DNA of 64,000 nucleotides from Sulfurospirillaceae bacterium. Lineage in GTDB: Bacteria > Campylobacterota > Campylobacteria > Campylobacterales > Sulfurospirillaceae. The stretch spans positions 256,001-320,000 of the forward strand of contig JAWVXD010000002.1 in the NCBI GenBank assembly GCA_033723415.1, given 5' to 3'. The position numbers were made by a program, and so were the translations under genes. Positions 61,650 to 64,000 of the stretch are shown one piece after another (within the stretch, counting starts at the first letter, position 1; every line of letters starts with the position of its first letter). The notes beneath the pieces are model-generated. The model was not told the origin of the DNA and did no database searches. It saw only the letters and a list, made by a program, of their open reading frames with translations.

Positions 61650-62055
61650 TGTTTTGCATAAAGATTTCTATAAATATCAGTCGATCTTTTTGCTTTTCGT
61701 ACTCGACTTTTTTGATGTACTCTTTTGCCAATTCCAAAGGTCTCAGAGTGACGATATTTTTATCTTTTTTTATCTCAAAAAATTCACCCAAGAGCGTCTC
61801 GTCATCACTATGAATCGCCTCGAGTATCATAAAAAAAAGTTTCTTTTGCTTTATCGCATCGTTTTGAGTATACACAATACTCTCTTGTTTTGGTTTTATG
61901 TATGTGATCTTGATACTCTCTTTTAAAAAAGTGATACTCCCCTCAAAATCAATACTTTTATCGATGGCATAGAGATACCTTGTCTCTTTAAAATCAATAG
62001 CGAACATGAGTTGCACACAAACAAGCAACATCAAGATAATTTTAAACATCTTCAA
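61618..62055 (-). CDS. LolA-like periplasmic carrier protein (ApeM-like)
   Basis: Signal peptide, F.E.RY....FEGSI.F, Y.KP; located next to the MMPL exporter. Confidence 0.6.
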   Translation of the reverse strand: MKMFKIILMLLVCVQLMFAIDFKETRYLYAIDKSIDFEGSITFLKESIKITYIKPKQESIVYTQNDAIKQKKLFFMILEAIHSDDETLLGEFFEIKKDKNIVTLRPLELAKEYIKKVEYEKQKDRLIFIEIFMQNNDRIKIETIR

Positions 62056-62464
62056 CTCGTTTCAAGAAAATATATTTTTTATGCACATATTGCAATAAGG
62101 CTCCGATCAAAAAAACAAAATACCAGCCAAATGACGTGTAAATAACCCAAAAATATTCGTTTTTTTGCAAGATCACTATCACATGCAAGAGAATATTCAC
62201 ACCACAAATCCCTATCCAAAATAGTGTTGATTGTTCTATATACTGCACCTCTTCATCATTAAAATCTTTTTTTGAAAATTTCTTGGCAAATTTTAAAATC
62301 AATGATTTTTTTTTGAAATGAGAAAGTGCAATGAGTGCAGTAAAATAAATAGAAACCAGAAGTGGCAAAAACTTCAAAACTATCGCATCTTGAAGTGTCA
62401 ATCCAAGATATTTTAAGGTAAAAAACAAAACAATAGGATAAAGAATACTAAAGAAGGACAACAT
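62042..62464 (-). CDS. Membrane protein (COG4648/ApeG-like)
   Basis: LYP, K..P, SLI.KFA, Y...T..W, W.IY...GWY; four TM helices; cluster context. Confidence 0.6.
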   Translation of the reverse strand: MLSFFSILYPIVLFFTLKYLGLTLQDAIVLKFLPLLVSIYFTALIALSHFKKKSLILKFAKKFSKKDFNDEEVQYIEQSTLFWIGICGVNILLHVIVILQKNEYFWVIYTSFGWYFVFLIGALLQYVHKKYIFLKRVEDV

Positions 62465-62466
62465 GG

Positions 62467-63156
62467 CTATCGCACCATGCCGCCGCTGATATTGATCACT
62501 TCGCCATTGACATAAGTTGCTTTATCTCCTAAAAAGAAGACAACTTCAGCAACTTCTTCAGGCTCTCCAATACGTCCAGCAGGTATAAGTTCCACCATCT
62601 TTTTATTAACATTTTCTATCATTTGAGATCTGATGATACCTGGTGCTACCGCATTGACCCGGATGCCGTATCTTGCGGTCTCAGCACACAATGCCTTTGT
62701 AAATGCAATCACACCGCCTTTGCTTGCGGAGTAATTTGTCTGCCCCTCATTTCCTACCAGTCCAGAGATAGAAGCGACATTGATGATTGAGCCGTTTTTA
62801 TTTTTGATCATTTGAAGAATGATCTGTTTTGTCACATGATACAAACCATCAAGATTTGTCTTCATCACATCTTCCCAATCCTCATCTTCCATAAAGAAAA
62901 AAAGCTTATCTCTTGTGATTCCTGCACAATTTACCAAAACATCCACTTGTAAGTCACTCAGAGCATCTTTGATACTTTGTTTATCCGAGATATCAAAGGA
63001 TATCAGTTCGGCATTTTGTATCTCAGTCAAAAGTGCTTTTGCTTTCTCAAAACTTTTGTTATAGTGAATATAAACAAAATATCCGTATTTTGCATACTCT
63101 TTTACTATCGCTGTGCCTATATCCCCGGTGGCGCCTGTTACAAGAACTTTTTTCAT
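62467..63156 (-). CDS. 3-oxoacyl-ACP reductase (FabG/ApeQ-like, cluster-specific)
   Basis: VTGATGDIG, NCAGITRD, YSASK, VNAVAPG. Confidence 0.9.
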   Translation of the reverse strand: MKKVLVTGATGDIGTAIVKEYAKYGYFVYIHYNKSFEKAKALLTEIQNAELISFDISDKQSIKDALSDLQVDVLVNCAGITRDKLFFFMEDEDWEDVMKTNLDGLYHVTKQIILQMIKNKNGSIINVASISGLVGNEGQTNYSASKGGVIAFTKALCAETARYGIRVNAVAPGIIRSQMIENVNKKMVELIPAGRIGEPEEVAEVVFFLGDKATYVNGEVINISGGMVR

Positions 63157-63252
63157 ATAAATTTCCTATCATTTAGCATAATCTTTACTTTAATATTAAT
63201 ATAAAATTCGTCTATTTTCTAACAAAGCCGAATCCTTGTACTGATGACTAAA

Positions 63253-64000
63253 CTATTTCTCCCAAAAATCATAAAAATTAAACCACCCTTGTGGGTATAT
63301 TTCGATATTTTTTGCAAATTCATCGACATACATTTGCATGCATCTGTCAACTTCGCTATCCATATCTTTGTCCCAATCCATCTCGATCTTTTTATACTCG
63401 ATCTTATATTTTAACGGCTCTACAAATCTTACAAAAAGTGCGATCAAAGGCTTTTTTGTCTTGTAGGCAATCTCAAAAGGATTTTTGTTAAATTTGGCAG
63501 CTTTCCCAAAAAATTCGATCTTTTTGGAGTTTTTTGCATTAGTAGCACGATCTGCCATCATAGCTACTAGTTCATTGTCTCTGAGTGCATTTGCTATCTC
63601 TATAGTAACGGCAATTCCACCTTTAGAGATGTCTATGATCTTGACATGACCTGTTTTATCGCTGCGAATACTCTCTTCTATCTCTTGTATGCTTTGCATA
63701 AGAGACTCTTGCATCACTATATTAATCTTCAAACTCAAAGGAGCCAAGCAATTTGCGGCACTTGCCCAGCCGCCATAATGTGACAAAAGCAGTATACCGC
63801 CTTCTCTTAAGGTATCCTCTAAAAGCTTTCTTTCATCAACCACAAAGTCATATTTTTCAGGATTGGTAAGTGATATAAATCTATCGCTCATACAAATCGA
63901 AAAATGTCTTAAATGCTCATGATGTACTTTTTTACCAAATGTTTGTCCTATGTTATCATAATATATTTGCAAGGCTTCTTTTGTATTTGACGCTTTTAAA
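63253..64000 (-). CDS. LpxL-like acyltransferase (5' truncated by window)
   Basis: LLLSHYGGW, MMADR, YPQGWFNFYDFW; frame open to the window edge. Confidence 0.8.
   Translation of the reverse strand, partial: LKASNTKEALQIYYDNIGQTFGKKVHHEHLRHFSICMSDRFISLTNPEKYDFVVDERKLLEDTLREGGILLLSHYGGWASAANCLAPLSLKINIVMQESLMQSIQEIEESIRSDKTGHVKIIDISKGGIAVTIEIANALRDNELVAMMADRATNAKNSKKIEFFGKAAKFNKNPFEIAYKTKKPLIALFVRFVEPLKYKIEYKKIEMDWDKDMDSEVDRCMQMYVDEFAKNIEIYPQGWFNFYDFWEK

Overview
AT-rich chromosomal window from a Campylobacterota (epsilonproteobacterial, probably Sulfurospirillum-like) bacterium. The taxonomy is inferred from protein style and gene order. Most of the window is core genes: thrS-infC-rpmI-rplT, glmM-lspA, rpsT-prfA, coaE-dapF, purM, rsmA-rnj-kdsD-rluB-rarA-hemY, hisF-rlmN, purB-nrdA, nrdB-pcm, pyrG-recJ, ilvD, and five tRNAs. 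Two near-consensus parS sites embedded in coding sequence suggest the region is origin-proximal. Accessory blocks: (i) a REC-PAS-PAS-HD-GYP phosphodiesterase plus a soluble CZB chemoreceptor; (ii) a LysR-controlled urea/amide-type ABC importer (UrtC-UrtD fused) with an amidase and a small AtzG/GatC-like partner, next to tRNA-Val; (iii) an orphan TRAP transporter; (iv) a class III ribonucleotide reductase cluster lying between nrdA and nrdB, whose glycyl-radical loop (RVMGY) is encoded by a separate 54-aa ORF missing from the ORF track; (v) the end of an aryl polyene/xanthomonadin-like lipid cluster at the right edge. Also found: candidate structured RNA leaders at thrS, rplT, the urt operon and rhlE, and two unannotated small membrane-protein genes. 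No CRISPR array, integrase or transposase was seen. All calls come from reading the sequence; no searches were run.
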